Shown: positions 1-13,654 of the stretch, one piece after another
Layout of the letters: every line of letters begins with the position of its first letter
Numbering within the stretch: the stretch's first letter is position 1
Assembly (NCBI GenBank): GCA_028534125.1
Contig: CM052818.1
Span: 44,766,001 to 44,830,000 of the forward strand
Length of the DNA: 64,000 bases
Source of the DNA: Lama glama
Taxonomy: Eukaryota
Reading direction: 5' to 3'
The notes under the pieces: generated by a model
The model's input: the letters and a program-made list of their open reading frames with translations, nothing else
Told to the model about the DNA's origin: nothing
The model's database searches: none
Program-made: the position numbers and the translations under genes

Positions 1-2023
1 ACGCCAACCTTTTGGTTTGTTTGGCTTCACGGTGCATCAGACACATGAACTTGCATTCGGTAACAGATTCATCAAAGATGCTAATTGATAAGGTCTGGGA
101 GAGACGCAAGAGTTTACGTTTCTAACAATTTCACAAGTGATGCTAACGTAGTTAGTCCACTGATCAAACTAGAGGATCCAGAAGATACCTTATAACTCTA
201 ACCTCTCATGAGTCTGTGTGATGAGAAGTCAGGGGAAATGGTTTTAGTGTTGGGGGTACCCTCAGACCCTCATAAGTCCATCTTCTCAGCCTGGCTCTAT
301 CCAGCCCTCACTCCCACTTTGGAGTCAGATAAAAATGGGTTTCCCACTGCTTGCTGCCCATGTAACCCTGGGCAAGTCCACTGGCTTTCCTGCAACTCCA
401 TTTCCTCATCTCTACAATGGGTACAATACTCACCTCATTGAGTAAGGATTGGTGAGGTGGCCCATGTAAGGTACTTGAGATTAGGACAACTTCTAACTGC
501 TCCTTTCTCCTCTTACCTGTTCTTAATCAGATTCATTCCCTCTATGTTCCCAAACACGCCAGCCCAAATACTACTTCTAAACTGTAGCCATTAGTAAGGG
601 TAGCAGCAATACTTTATATGCCCATAGTTGACAAACTGCCCCTGGAAGGCAGCTCACACCCTGCGTGTCCCCCCACCACACCTGATGCAACACAACGTGC
701 AACGGTACAGAGTGAGCATTTAATATGGATTTCTTGATCAAGCGCACTGACTGAATTTGCTCTCAAACCAACATTTTGAGAAGAAAATTTAACCTTCACT
801 TACAGCAGACAGGTTCACTGCCAATCTTACCACTAGAATGTAAGCTCCATAAGGGCAGGAATCGCCTGCTCTGTTCACTGCTGGATCTCCAGCACTTAGA
901 CTAGTAGCTGGCACACAGTACACACTCACTAAATATTTCTGTATTAAATAAACGATGGCATTTTGTTGCTAAAATATGTGTCACCTTTACAGCCCAACAT
1001 ATCTGCAGATATTTAAATTTTGGAAACAATTTTCTAACTCTGTTGTTTATCTTTGCAAGTGAAGATATCAACAGGTTTTTAATTCATTTTGTTAAAATAC
1101 AAAATTTCAGAATTTACCAATTAGTTCACATCGGAGAACACATATTTATGCAATTCCCATAAAACACTTCCTACATGGTAGATGCCCAAGGATCGTGGTG
1201 ACTATGGTAATAATTATTTTATTCAGCCAACTCTTGTACCCGAAAGCACTGGAATGAAAAGTAGGTGTGAGTCAATGAAATACTCTCATATGAGCTCCGT
1301 TTCACCTTTCTCTTGTATTGCCCTCCACACTTCTCCCAGAGTCCAAGACAGTGCTAAGCACATACCAGATACTTTTACTTGGCAAATATGAAACTAACCA
1401 ACCTTCCAGCTCAAACTGTCCTACACTGAAGTCAAGACCTCAGAATAGAACCCTTAATTGTTCCCTAATTGTTTCTGCCAGTATTAGGCTTGGCTCTCTC
1501 CAGAGTTCTGTAAGTTCCCTAAAGAACAAAAGTTCATTCTTCCTTCAAATACTTACTGAGCACGTACTCTGGGAGCCATTGTGCTGGTGCTGGGGCAAAA
1601 CAGTGAGCAAAAGAGACTTGACCCTTCCCAGGACTCCCCATGTGCTTCAGGGGAGATAACACATCAAACAAATAAATATGTAATTGTAAATGGGGTGTGT
1701 CCCATGAAGTGGTTCTCAACCTCTCCTTTTTTTTTTTTTATGAAAATTGCCTACATATACCTCATTCAGGAAGGTTTTACCTAATAATTTCTTTCCCCAA
1801 TCTTTTTGAGTCAAGAACTGTAACTGTCAATCAGAGATCCTGATCAACAAAAGATCTCAGTCACTTCACCACTGACACCGTTCTGTATGAAAGGAAGAAG
1901 CTGACTTTGGAGTGACTTACTGAGCTTGCTGATGGGTGAATGCAGTTTCCAGCAGGCTTTTGTGTCTTTCTTTCGTCTTCTTCTTCTTTTAAGCTTATAG
2001 ACCTCTTGGCTACCTTTACAGAT

Positions 2024-2214
2024 TCGTGGTTCTCAAGCTTGGCTTTTCATCAGGATCACCCAGAGGGCCTGCTAAACTGCAGACTGCTGGGCAATCCCCC
2101 GCTTCCCAGAGCTTCTGAGGAGGGCTAGGTGCAGGGCCTGAGAATCTGCATGTTGAGCAAGCTCCCTGGTGACACCAGAGCTGCTGGTCCAGCAACTACA
2201 ATTTGAGAACTACC
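2024..2214. mobile_element. MER5A-like hAT-Charlie DNA transposon remnant
   Basis: GTGGTTCTCAAGCTTGGC...GGCCTGAGAATCTGCAT...AGCTCCCTGGTGA...TTTGAGAACTAC with inverted termini. Similar fragments lie near 15950-16070 and 49555-49735. Confidence 0.7.
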
Positions 2215-2996
2215 ACATTAGACTAAAAGGCAGACCTTGATGGAAGGAAGCTTGTGGATTACCTCGCCAAGCTCCTCAGGTGACAGACAGGTGAGCCAGA
2301 GAGCCAACCTGCTAAGGGTCAAAGGCAAACCAGTTAGAGTCGTCTCTCAGGTCACTGGCATGTCTGTCACACAGCCTCCCAGCAAACCCAGCTCCTTCTG
2401 CTCAGCCTCCTGGAACATGCCCTTTTCAGTAAATTTGGAGGTCAATTCATCTTCCAAAACACAGGGGTATGAAATGCTTTAATGTCTGGGATGTACTTCA
2501 GGGTAATCCATGAGGATTGAAGTGAGGGGAGGGAAAAGATAGAAGAAACAAAATTAACAGTGTTCACAATTGTTGAAACTGGACAAGAAGATCACATGGA
2601 AGTCTGTTACATGATTTTTCTACTTCCGTACATGTTTGAAGTTTTCCACAGTAAAAAGGTAAGAGGAGTCAGTTGGATCAAGATTTGTCATTTTACATCT
2701 CCAAGAGGACTTGGGTTCCCACGCGGCCCCTGAAATATACTCCCCCCAAAATAATACTTTGAAGATCTGTGACATGCTGGCCATTAAAGGGATTCAAACA
2801 AAATTAAGACACACATTGTGATCCTCAAGAAGCCCGTACTTTGGTGGGGTAAATAAACTGCAAATTATTGTGTTACAGAGACAAGTAAATGGCATAAGAG
2901 ATAATTAAGAGTGAGTTAAGAGACTGAAAGGACTGAGGCAGGACTGCATCCTTTCCTACTTTATATCCTTGAAGTTAAACTTTTTCTTGCCACTTT

Positions 2997-3122
2997 TGTT
3001 GTTGGGGGGGAGGTAATTAGGTTTCTTTCTTTCTTTATTTTTAGAGGAGGTACCAGGGATTGAACCCAGGACCTCATGCATGCCAAGCATGTACTCTACC
3101 ACTTGAGCTATGCCCTCCCTGC
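2997..3122 (-). mobile_element. tRNA-derived SINE (camelid-type)
   Basis: Reverse complement reads GGGAGGGCATAGCTCAAGTGGTAGAG...GGTTCAATCCCTGGTACCTCC (pol III A/B boxes). TSD TCTTGCCACTTT at 2985-2996 and 3123-3134. Confidence 0.85.
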
Positions 3123-4545
3123 TCTTGCCACTTTCTAAGAGTTAAGTTTCAGAAATATGTATTACCATCAATCAGTGGTGTTTTATCAAAATGGAAAGAA
3201 CATCAAAAGCACAAATAAAAGGAAAAGCCCAAGAATCTGCCAGAGAAATAGTTAAATTATAATGTATCCACATAATAGAATATAAAATTGTCATTTAAAA
3301 TGACAGTATCAGTGAAATGATAGGTATATTCATAATGCAACCTTTATAGGAAAAAGATACAAAATGACAGATTTACATGTATATATACATATGTGTGTAT
3401 GTATGTATGTGTATATATGTGTGTGTGTATATATATGTATATGTATAATTTTGGCCAATGTTTAGAAGCATATAGAATTTGGTTTTAATGCCAGGAAAAA
3501 ATACACCAAAATATTAACAGTAATTATATGTGGATCGTAGATTTCCAATTTTCTTTCTTTCTTTTTTTTTAACTCTTCTGTATGTTTTTAAATTGTATGC
3601 CATAACAAAACTTCTACAATAGTCTTCCCCATCCTGTTGGTTTTTTTAAGCATAATTAGCTTTAAAGTACCATGATTTATCTGTATATCCAGAAACTGAA
3701 CCAAAAACACAAAAGCACCCATTAAGCAGCGTATGAGCTGCGAAGATTAAGTGACTGAAATCTTTGGAAGGGATTAGAGGTCCATGGACCTTTGGAATCG
3801 CCAGGCCACGGTTCCGTGAGCTGCCCTCAGCCGGGTCAGTTACCCCACAAAAGCCCTCGAGGCTTCCTAGGGGAAGCAGAACAGACCCACTGGAGCACGC
3901 TGGACAGGGAAACGTGGATTATTAAAAGCAAGCTCCCTATACCCCCTTAATGCATGGAGGGTCCATACGACAGCCTTTGTTCCAATGCCCTGGTCTCGCT
4001 CAACTTCGATGACTATTCTTGGGTAGGGGGCCTGCCCTTCTCTTTAAGTTAGAGTCTATCTACTCTTCATTCTGAATTTTTAAAAATCTTTTCCTAGCTC
4101 TACTTTGAGATTGCCTCTGAACACTCTGGAATCTCTAAACAATTCAAATGTCGAATCCACAAACTGGACACGATTTGCTTAAAATGGGGGTTCCTCGTGT
4201 CAAATAAAATGGTAGTAATAGAATGAACATCTACAATGCCATAGTTTAGTCAACTGCTTACTAAACGAAAGAGTGATCAACTTCGTATTAAGGACAGAAG
4301 CCTTTAGACAGGCTCTAGATTATAAAGTCTCCAGTTAAAAATGACAAGACAAAAATACAGATATTATAGTGTAGCTTTAAACTACACACCCAGTAAAAGT
4401 TTACAGGTATTGGTGCAACTGGTTATTTTCACTAATTAACATTTCCAACCACAAGTAAGCTATTTAACCATCTGCAAAAACAAGAAAGGCCAGGAGTGTC
4501 AATTTCAACCTGAACTTACTTCTTACCCATTAAAGAATACTTGTT

Positions 4546-4686
4546 TGAAAAGACACTAATTCCAAAAGATACATGCACCCCAATGTTCACAGCAATATTA
4601 TTTACATTTGCCAAGATATGGAAGCTACCTAAGTGTCTATCAACAGATGAACAGATAAAGAAGATGTGATACACACACACACACAG

Positions 4687-4749
<63 letters not shown>

Positions 4750-5183
4750 ATGGAGTACTACTCAGCCATAAAAAAGACCAAAATTCTGCCATTTGCAGTA
4801 ACATGGATGGACTTGGAGGGTATTATGCTAAGTGAAACAACTCAGACAAAGAAAGACAAATACTATATATCACTTACATGTGGCATCTAAAAAATATAAC
4901 AAACTAGTGAATATAACAAAAAGCAGCAGACTCACAGATACAGAGAACAAGCTAGTGGTTACCAGTGGGGAGAAGGAAGGGGGAGGGGTAACCTAAGGGT
5001 AAGAGGTACCAACTACTATGAATAAAATAAGCTACAAGGATATTTATACAACACAGAAAATATAGCCAATATTTAATAACTATAAATGGAGTATAACCTT
5101 TCAAAACTGTGAGTCACTACGTTGTATACCAGTAACTTACATGACATTGTACATCAACTATACCTTACCTGAAAAATGGGGGG
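4546..5183 (+). mobile_element. 5'-truncated L1 (end of ORF2 plus 3' UTR) containing a (CA)n microsatellite
   Basis: Translation NMEYYSAIKK..ILPFAVTWMDLEGIMLSE is the L1 ORF2 C-terminus. Flanking repeat AATACTTGTT near 4536 and 5188. (CA)n at about 4670-4746. Confidence 0.85.
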
Positions 5184-6299
5184 AAAAAATACTTGTTACA
5201 GAATGAACAGCAGAACAGCTGTGGGGGATGGAAAACGTCACAGATCATAATGCAAACTTTAAATGAACCAGATTTTAGTGTGAAAAGATTTGTAGAAAAA
5301 GCTCCTCACCTGTGCTTCATTTAAACCAAATTGTTAAATTTGGTTTTTGTTTTCTAGAAACAAACTTTTCTGAGCAAACCCAAAATCAGCACTCTGGAAG
5401 CAATGGCTTGGTTATAAGGAATTCTTCAAATGTGCCCAGAAAGTTAAGAATTCTAAGGCAGAGGTAGGTGTCTAGTTGGCCTTTAAAACTTCCAATAACG
5501 TTCTTCTGCAAAGTGCTGCAAACCAGGCGACATTAACACAACATTTATATAAGATGAAGGTCAGAACCCTCCCAGACAGCCACTTTTCCCCCAGTCTAAC
5601 ATACAGTGTTAACCACAGAAATTAAAATGCTCTCACCAGAAATACAATTTTTTATCAAGTTAAATTTACACATGTATTGTTTAGAAGAGATACAAAAATT
5701 TTAAAAAACCCTTTCAAGTCCTGAAGTCATACTTACTTCTATTATAAAAGCTTATTAAAGAAAAGCTTCAGCTTACAGATTAAGTAGTTCCTCTTTTCTG
5801 CCTGTCTTCATGACCGGGGATCAAAAGACGCTTGACAGCAAAATGGCCCAAACATCCTTCTCCGTGAATGGCGATCGTCCTGGCCTGCGCCCCGGCGGCC
5901 ACACACACACACACACACACACACCCCTTCTTGGACTTCAGAGAAGCAGCCTTTGTTCCCAAGACCCGAAAATGAGGTCCGGCTACTAAGCCCCCACCTC
6001 CCCTGAACCAGCCTCTCCAAGGGTCGGGGCCCCTCCAAGGCGATCCCAGGGCGGTTCTGGAAAGAAGCCCCATTTTCTCCTGGGTCTCAAGTGCTGGGGA
6101 GTTGGGGCTGCCACCTTTGGCCCCCGCTTCTCTAAACACCTAGACACAGACAGGCACGCACGCGTGCACACCCTGAAAATAGTAATTATTGCCATCGTTG
6201 TCACTTGTATTAGCTCGCACCTACGGAGCGCTCACCATGTGCCAGGCGCTCAGCGTGCGCTCCAAGTCTGTCCAACTCATTCTGACGATCCTTCTCTTC

Positions 6300-6308
<9 letters not shown>

Positions 6309-6331
<23 letters not shown>

Positions 6332-6357
6332 ACACACACACACACACACACACACAC
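6309..6357. repeat. (CA)n microsatellite
   Basis: Direct CA dinucleotide run; a shorter one lies at about 5900-5923. Confidence 0.95.
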
Positions 6358-6379
6358 GAGGCAGCAGCACCCAGATCCC

Positions 6380-7550
6380 CACGCGCCCTCGAGGCTGAAC
6401 CCGACACGTCCTCAGCTTCCCGGCGGGTCGCGACCAAGAACGTGCCCACGTCGGCCCGCGCGCTCCTCCGGCGGCTCGTCCCGCGGTTCCACAGCCCCAC
6501 GGCCCGGCTCCCGGCCCCGCGCGCCCCACGCGCGCCCCCGCCCCGCGGCCGGTCGGCGGCCGCTCTTACCGCGGCCCTTTGTCCTCGCGCCGCCGCGGCC
6601 CGGCTCCGCTGTGCCCGCCGCCGTCGGAGGGCCAGCCCAGCCTCCCGCGCGGTCACTCCCTCAGCTCGCGGGCTCGGCCGGCTCTGGGGCGCGCGCCAAA
6701 GCCCGGATCTGCGGAGCGCGGCCCGCGCCGGGCACTGACCCCTGACCCCGGCCGCCCCCGGGAGTCCGCTGCTCCGGGTCTTCGGGCCGACCGCGGAGGA
6801 GGGCCGGCGGTGGGCTCGGCCGCCCCGGGAGCCGGCTGGGGAAGGGTCGCGGGGAGGGCGGCGCCGAGGCCGGACCTGGCGGCGTCGGGCGAGGGGAGGA
6901 GGTACGAGGGCCGGAGCCGAGCCCCCGCGCCCGCCCGCCGTCTGGGCTCGCGCCCCAATTTTACCCCAGCCGCCCTCGCCCTGGCGCCCGCGCCCCGTCC
7001 CCTCGCCCTCCTCCTGCGCCCTCCGCGCCGAGCCCGACCTCCCCACCTGAGGGGCCCGGCACCGGGCTGGCGGCGCCGCCTGCTCTCGGGAAGTGTCTCT
7101 TTCTTCTCTGATCTCCCCGAGGGGTTCCTCCCCCAGCTGTCCCCGACCGGCCTCCGGGCACACACCCTGCCCACCTTCCCGCGGGGCCACACTGGGAGCC
7201 CTCGGGTCACCGGAGTCTTAGCAAGGCAGGGAGTCTGGGCCGAAGTTGGAAGAACCCTCGGAGAACAGAGGTCATTTCTATCGCTTGGGACCCAGGCGCA
7301 CAGAGGCAGCAAGGAAACAGGAGCGGAGCCCAGGCCTCCCAAAGGCTCCCCTCCAAGGGCCCCGGTCCACCCACCGCCGGTCGCCGGGGCTGATCCCTGC
7401 GTAGGGTCACGTCGGTGGCGCGCCCCAGGCGCAGTCCCGGGCGCCCTCAGGACCCCGGCTTCCCGCGCCCTTTTCCCGCCCCCAGCGGACCGGCTCAAGC
7501 AGCGGGGGTTAGGGCGACCCAGGGAGCCTGGCTGAGGCCAGCCGAGGAGA
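6380..7550 (-). promoter_or_regulatory. GREB1: CpG island; probable distal promoter and non-coding first exon of GREB1
   Basis: Very GC- and CpG-rich. Minus-strand donor CCGCG|GTAAGAG with exon end at 6570. GREB1 is the head-to-head neighbour of E2F6 in mammals. No GREB1 coding sequence is present, so the gene identity is inferred from synteny only. Confidence 0.55.
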
Positions 7551-9899
7551 AAGAAGACTCTGGAACGATGGGCACCTGCGGGTGGAACCCAGTGAACTTC
7601 CCCTGGCCCCAGTATCGGTTAGAAGAGTGAGCACGGGAAGAAACGGAAGGAAGGAAGGAAGGAACCAACGAACTTAAAATAAATCTTTGCTGACCTCGCC
7701 GGCGGCTGGTGCAGAGGTAACCCGGGGAAGTGAGCACAGGGCAGGGGTAAAACTCGAAATCTTTCTTTTTTATTTTTAAGCAAAAGACGAGCCCCTGTGG
7801 TTTCAGGAGCCTGCCTGCAAAGTGCAGAACTAGTCAGGCTAGCAGCCCTGGGCTCTCCGCCGCCCACCCCGCGACTCGCGCGTTGTGGCCTTGGGCCTGT
7901 CTGACAGTGTCCTTGAGGACGGGGGAGACAGTCACAGTTCACTGAGCTGGGCGGTTAAATAAGGAAATGGGGGAATGAGGGTCTGGCCCTCAGCAAGCGC
8001 CAGCACACACGGGATCCTCTGTAAAAATGTTGCCTGGATCAATCTGGGCAGATTTCCCGTACTCTGACTGGCAGAACCATCCTTTTCCTTTTCTTATTAT
8101 GGGATGTTTCAAACGCTCACTAAACTAGAAAGGGTATCTTCATGAGCCCTGCCCAGTGTGCCCAAGAACCAGCCAATCCTAACCTCATGCCATACTTACT
8201 TCAAATATTCATGTAAGAAATAAATGTCACCATACAGTTAAAGGCCCTGGGCAGCCCTCCCTGACCCCAATTCTTTCCTCCCCCACAATGCCCAGTACTC
8301 TTCTAAAACATCCCATCAGTGTTCCCATGCTGTTACTACACATGCATGTGTTCACATATAGCATGTTTACCAGTTTATAATATTCTGCTTTGTTCCATAA
8401 CCCAGTAGGTTTGTTTTATGTTGTTTTGCTCAATATCATGTCTGTAAGAGCCATCTAATGGTACGTATAGCCCTAGATGGTTTGTTTTAACTGCGAAACA
8501 CTGTTCCATTGTATGGCCATGGCATAGTTTGTATAGACATTCTTCTGTTGATGGACTTCTGAGTTGATCAGCTTTTCATGATTATAGATAAGACTGCAGT
8601 GAACACTCTTGACTGTGCTTGTGTTTCCAGGGAATATACAATTTTTCCACCACTCCAATAAAAATATGTACAGAAGAACCATGTTGAATTAACATTAACC
8701 AATATGTTGGCTCTAAGGCTTAGATTAGTTACTGCAATTACTAAACTGATAATCACTGTACTTAATTCTTTTTCCCCTTACATTTTGGCAGGTTACGTTT
8801 TATCATGCAAAAAAAATTCTGCAGAACAAGGTCAACAAACTTTTTCTTGAAGGGTTAAAAGTAAATATTTTAGGCTTTGCCAGCCAAGAGGCAAAATCCA
8901 CACTACTCTGTTACATAAGTTCCTACTGTACAGCACAGGGACCCATATTAATCACTTGTAATAGCCTATAATGAAAAAGAATATGAAAAGGAATATATAT
9001 ATGTAAAACTGAGTCACTATGCTGTACACCAGAAATTAACACAACATTGTAAACCAACTCTACTTTAATAATAAAATATATATATATTTAAAAAAGCTTT
9101 TAAAATGTAACAAGCACTTTACCTCATGGGCCATAAAAAAGACCCCTCCCCCCAAAAAAACTAGAAAGCTGAGCAAATTTGGCCCATGAGCAATAGTTAG
9201 TTTGCCTGCTTATTCCCCATTATACCAAAGTCATTCCAAAAATTAATTCCTTTACTTGAAACCCAACATTGAAAGGAATTCACTTTTAATAAAGACAAAA
9301 ATATAATTTAGCTCACCAGCGGAATCAAAGTGAACATGAGGTTACTGCTCGGGAAAAATTCTTAGGAAAATGTCCCATGCCTTAGCTAATTGATACGATG
9401 ACTTCGGGGAAACCAAATCGTATTTTTAAAATCTATATTAGAAGTGCATAGGCTCCTGTCAATTAAGAATTAATTAGACAAAAAAAGAAATTCAATGAAA
9501 AAGTTGTGTCTTATTTTCCTGCTTCAGGTATCACCTCTTTGCTCCTCATTCATTGATTTAAATACCAGCACACAAATACAAATGATTAGCATTTTTTTTC
9601 CTGAAACTGAACCTGACCCACTTCTTTTATATATCTCTCTTGAACTTGAACCAAAACTTGAAAAAGTAATTTCAAGATATTTTCTTAAAAAACAAGGGGA
9701 ATCAACCTAGTTTAAAATGTTGTTGACAGAAACGGGACCAAACTAAAAAAATTGTGGTGACCAACCGAATACTTACAAAGGAGCTGTCAATCTCTGAGCT
9801 CCTTCAGTAAGCCGGGTTCACGGAGGCCATGGGGTCAGGAAGGCAATTAGACATGGCTTCTGGGCACATTCGTTTCTTTGACCAGCATCGTCCTAAAGA

Positions 9900-10410
9900 A
9901 TCACACACACAGCCTTCCCCTCACACACACAGCCTTCTCGTCACACACACAGCCTTCTCCTCACACACACAGCTTACACACATGCATTCTTCTCTCCTTC
10001 ACGCAGACACATCTCCACACACACGTCCCCCCTTGTATGTACCTGCTACACACGTATTCCTTACACACACCATGGCTTCCTTAAATGCACACGGCACACA
10101 CGCTTCAGACATACACAAGGCTCTTCATACATGTACGTCTCACACGTGCGTTTCTTCCCCCGACACCAGATATTTCTCTCCCTCACACATACACACCTCA
10201 TCACCTTGTTACACAAACATTTCTCCCCTTGGTATATACATTCTCCATACACCCATGTTTCTGTTTCTCGAAAATCCAGCTCTTCTCTTATGTTTTTCTT
10301 TCTAACATGCACACCTTTTCACATGACTCCGCCCAGACACAAATTCCTTCTCTCACATGTTTTCAGACATACATGTATTTGTTTCTCTCATCACACATGC
10401 AGATATATAC
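9900..10410. repeat. CA/CT-rich low-complexity tract beginning with tandem TCACACACA(CA)GCCTTC units
   Basis: Three to four ~20-bp units at 9900-9975, followed by degenerate CACA-rich sequence. Confidence 0.8.
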
Positions 10411-10748
10411 TCCCTCCGCCTCCTCTCCCGCTGGAGCTCTGGTGGCTCCCTCTTACGCTGTCATAGGCGCCCAGTCAAATGCCGCAGAGCGGAGTTGGAG
10501 GCAGCCTTTGGAAGCTCCCCTTCGGGGATGGCAGGCAGCATAGACTCATATGCTATCCGCATACCGCTTGTTTAAAGAGGGCTTCTAACTGGCTTAAGGA
10601 TACCTAAAGTTTAGTCGCTTATAATAAATATCTCTAGACTATAACCCCGTTTATGTTGTTAATGATAACTTTCCGAGGAGAAAACGTTTCTCTAGCATCA
10701 TAAATGCCTAAATCCAGCTTACTTAAATTCTCCCAAATGTGAGTGGGT

Positions 10749-11172
10749 GGGGCTGTTGGTTTGCTTGGGCTCCCATGACAAAGTCCCACAGACTGGGGAC
10801 CTGAAACAACAGAAATGTATTGTGTCAGTTCTAGAGGCTGGAAGCCCAGAATCAAAGGTCCCGTGGGGTTGGTTCCTTCTGAGGGCTGTGAGGGAGCGAT
10901 CTGTTCCAGACCTTTCTTTTTGACTTGTAGGCTGTCTTCCTCCTGTCTCTTGACATGGTTTTCCCTCTATGTGTGTCTGTATCCAACACTTCCTTCCTTA
11001 TAAAGACACCAGGCATGTTGGAATAGAGCCCACCTTAGTGACCTAATTTTAGTTTGACTGCCTCTGCAAAGACCCTCTCTCCAAATAAGGTCACATTCAG
11101 AGGTTCCGGGGGTTAGGACTTCAACGTATGAATTTGGAAGGAGACAGGGATGTAAAACACAATTCAAATCCC
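10749..11172 (-). mobile_element. MLT1-type (ERVL-MaLR) solo LTR
   Basis: AAACAACAGAAATGTATT..CAGTTCTAGAGGCTGGAAG..TCCAAATAAGGTCACATTCAGAGGTT..GTTAGGACTTCAAC are typical MLT1 motifs. Confidence 0.75.
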
Positions 11173-12029
11173 TAGTAGGACTTGACTTGTTTCTACAAGT
11201 GGTCCAGACCAGGGGTACTAAACTTCACCTGGATCAGTAATACATCTTCCTCATTTGAAACCTTAAATTCAGACCCAACTGCCTTGCACTCTACTTCACC
11301 CCACCTCCATTTCACCAGGGATAATGACCATCCCAAATTCAGAGGCCTTACTCAGTGCACTCCCTAAGGTGAAACTGCTCCACCTGGTGGAGAGACAAGG
11401 CACTACACTCCAGCAAATGGTAGGCCCCACTGCTGTTATCATACTGGCTGCTACAGGTAAACAAGGCAGAGTCAGAAAGGCAAAGCAAATTTGGTGCAAC
11501 TGATGTGTTTCATAGGGGTAGTGCGTGGGAAGCGAACATTTAAGTAGGACACATTTAACAATCAATAGCACATTAGCAAACAAACTAAATTGTGCATATA
11601 TAGAATTCGAGTGGAATAAAATGTAAAATTCAACTTTAGTGAGACTGTTTAAAAATCTGGCTGCAACTTGGACACAAACTAGCCGTTTAACATTGGCCCT
11701 TCATAACCAGACAAGATTATGTTATATGAAAGTTTGAGAAGATGCTGTGTTCCGATCATAAAACATCTGCCAATTGTGTAGCAAGTTTCAAGGACCCCCT
11801 TCCTCATATCTAATGGTATTTACAGAACGAAATTACATACGATTGAAGAAAATGCATAGTAAAGGTTTTATTTTTTTCAAGTGCTAATTATTTATAATGT
11901 AACTAATGATTGTGAAGGTTACTGGGGCATCGGTCCAGGTTGTGGGACTCATTGGACCACATATGGGGAGGAGGCTGGGGTGTTCAAGAAGGCTTTCTGG
12001 AGGAGGAATGTATAAAATAAGAATGAGGG

Positions 12030-12250
12030 AGGGACTAGAATTTCAAAATGTAGAGTAGATAAACAAGATTGTACTGTGTAGCACAGGGAAATATATACAG
12101 AATCTTGTGGTGGCTCACAGAGAAAGAGAATGTGACAATGAATGTATGTATATTCATGTATAACTGAAAAATTGTGCTCTACACTGGAATTTGACACAAC
12201 ATTGTAAAATGACTGTAACTCAATAAAAAAAATGTTTATATATGTAAAAA
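12030..12250 (+). mobile_element. short L1 3'-end insertion
   Basis: GATAAACAAGATT..TAGCACAGGGAAATATATAC..AACTCAATAAAAAA. TSD AAAATAAG(A/G)ATGAGGG at 12014 and 12251. A closely similar copy lies at 51235-51427. Confidence 0.8.
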
Positions 12251-13654
12251 AAAATAAGGATGAGGGGCTTACTAGGGGACACATCAAAGGGATAATGTTC
12301 TAGCAAAGAAAATATGTGAGCAGAGCCAGCAGTGAGGGGAAGCTTTTGAGGAAGATTCATGTGACTGGACCAGAGAAAGTGATGCAGCGAATGGCCCTGA
12401 TCAAGTGGTGGGGGCTCCTGTGTGCCTGGGACCCTGCCCCTCGCCTCCCTCCAGAAGTATGTTGGGGAAGACAGCCAGACAGGCAAGTGACCAGTGCACA
12501 GGGAAAAATACTAACCTTGCACATAATACAAAGTGCACTAATAGATTTTAAGTAGAGGCATGATGAGATGAGATCCACGCTTTAGAAAGATTTTTTCCGG
12601 CAAAGTGAGGTCAACAGCTACCCCCTAAAAGGCAGTTGTTTAATTTGACAGTGATAGTATAGCGTCACTTGTAGATGGAAAGACAGGAATGAATTAGGAA
12701 GCAGTTCAAATAGTCCAGGAACAATGACAATGAGGGCAGTCGTGGGGCAGTGGGATCAGGAGGAGGGATCACCAAAACCCTTTTGGAGGCTAGAACTGAC
12801 AAGTATTCGTGCCCACCCTCCCTCCCCTTTGTTGCTTCCTCATTGGAGTTCACCGAGGCATACAGCAATAGCTCATCTTTCCCACAGCTCTTTTTTGACA
12901 GGCTTCCTTTGGGATTTGTTCTTGTGGGTGTATTTAACTGCACGCTGACTTTTTTGTTTCCTTTCTGAAGTGGGAGGCAAATACTGTTGCTAAGTGGAGA
13001 GTCTGAATCCATGCGTCCTGGACCAATGAAAACTCTAGGGGGCTAGCAACTTCTTGGGAGCTCTCCGTAAAGCTTGTCAAGTTCTGAACAAAACCTCAGA
13101 ACAAAGAGTTAGCCACCCGGCTCTTTGTTCCATTTGATGTCATTTTAGAACCATTTTTAGTCCCTGGAGTGGGGAGTTTGAGACTCGATTATTGGGAAAA
13201 TTGTGAAGTTCGGTTTATCATTGAGGATCGATTGTGCCCCCTGGACTTGATGCCCATTATCTCCAATGCAGCAAAATTGCAGGGATGTTTATCCTCAGTT
13301 TACAAATATAGAAACTGAGGATCCTAAAAGTTAAGATACTTGCCAGTGAGGCTAATAAGGGTAGATGCAGGACTCGCTCCAGCCCAGATTTGTCTGCCCC
13401 TCTTTCCAGGGAACCTCTCCTCTTTCAGCATCCTTCTATCTCTTCCACACTCCTCTCTGCCAAGTGTGTCCCAGCGCCTCATCACCTTCCTAAAAAGGCT
13501 ACTGATCTGGAAAGGAAGAGACCAGGGTTTGAGTGGCAGCTCTGCTAGAAAACCATCTTTTTAAAAATTGTTATTATTACTGAATGAAATTCTTTAAATT
13601 CTATAGCACTTCACAATTTTCAAGTTTCACACAAATAATTTCATCTAATGCCAT

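Noticed and set aside
6164..7535. Long overlapping ORFs (193-326 aa) on both strands, including MSRSAGGG..
   Set aside because: Low-complexity R/P/G/A translations are expected from stop-poor CpG-island DNA. No recognisable domain; not the ROCK2 or GREB1 N-terminus.
9829..10575. His/Thr-rich ORFs
   Set aside because: Translation of the CA-rich low-complexity tract.
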